Shown in pieces: positions 27,438 through 27,438 of a stretch of DNA of 27,438 nt. How positions within the stretch are numbered: position 1 is the first letter of the stretch; every line of letters begins with the position of its first letter. This DNA is from Candidatus Dadabacteria bacterium (lineage in GTDB: Bacteria > Desulfobacterota_D > UBA1144 > Nemesobacterales > CSP1-2): assembly GCA_040289575.1 (NCBI GenBank), contig PSLL01000021.1, forward strand, positions 1-27,438. Reading direction: 5' to 3'. The notes under the pieces were generated by a model that saw only the letters and a list, made by a program, of their open reading frames with translations, was not told where the DNA came from and searched no databases. Made by a program: the position numbers and the translations under genes.

Positions 27438-27438
27438 G

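Noticed and set aside
1..27438. CRISPR array, prophage, retron/DGR or defence island
   Set aside because: No regularly spaced direct repeats and no cas, reverse transcriptase, integrase or phage structural genes were seen.

Overview
A 27.4 kb bacterial chromosomal window made mostly of housekeeping genes: a glyoxylate reductase-like dehydrogenase, acyP, an MBL hydrolase, ftsB/divIC, rsmA, dacB, polA, thiL, two CorC/HlyC paralogues, hisB, hisH, recJ and aroQ. The gene style suggests a deltaproteobacteria-like lineage such as Dadabacteria, but that is only an impression. Accessory genes include a large nitroreductase-like protein, two diguanylate cyclases (one followed out of frame by a degenerate HD-GYP domain), a thioferritin DPS-like protein paired with a 2Fe-2S ferredoxin, a secreted protein with three FxLYD-like repeats, a GYD protein and an alternative sigma-70 factor. 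No rRNA, tRNA, CRISPR array, intact transposase or phage gene was seen. The most interesting signals are non-coding or hidden from the ORF track. These are a candidate structured ncRNA with its own promoter between convergent genes (~2850-3015), a sigma-54 promoter plus enhancer-like site ahead of the sigma-70 gene, Fur-like boxes over the DPSL-ferredoxin promoter, and near-leaderless promoters on several core genes. There is also a frameshift at the 5' end of polA, an IS200/IS605-like right end abutting a decayed antitoxin, an internally deleted nucleotidyltransferase relic, and several unrelated REP/MITE-like palindromes. All family assignments come from motif recognition by eye, not from database searches.
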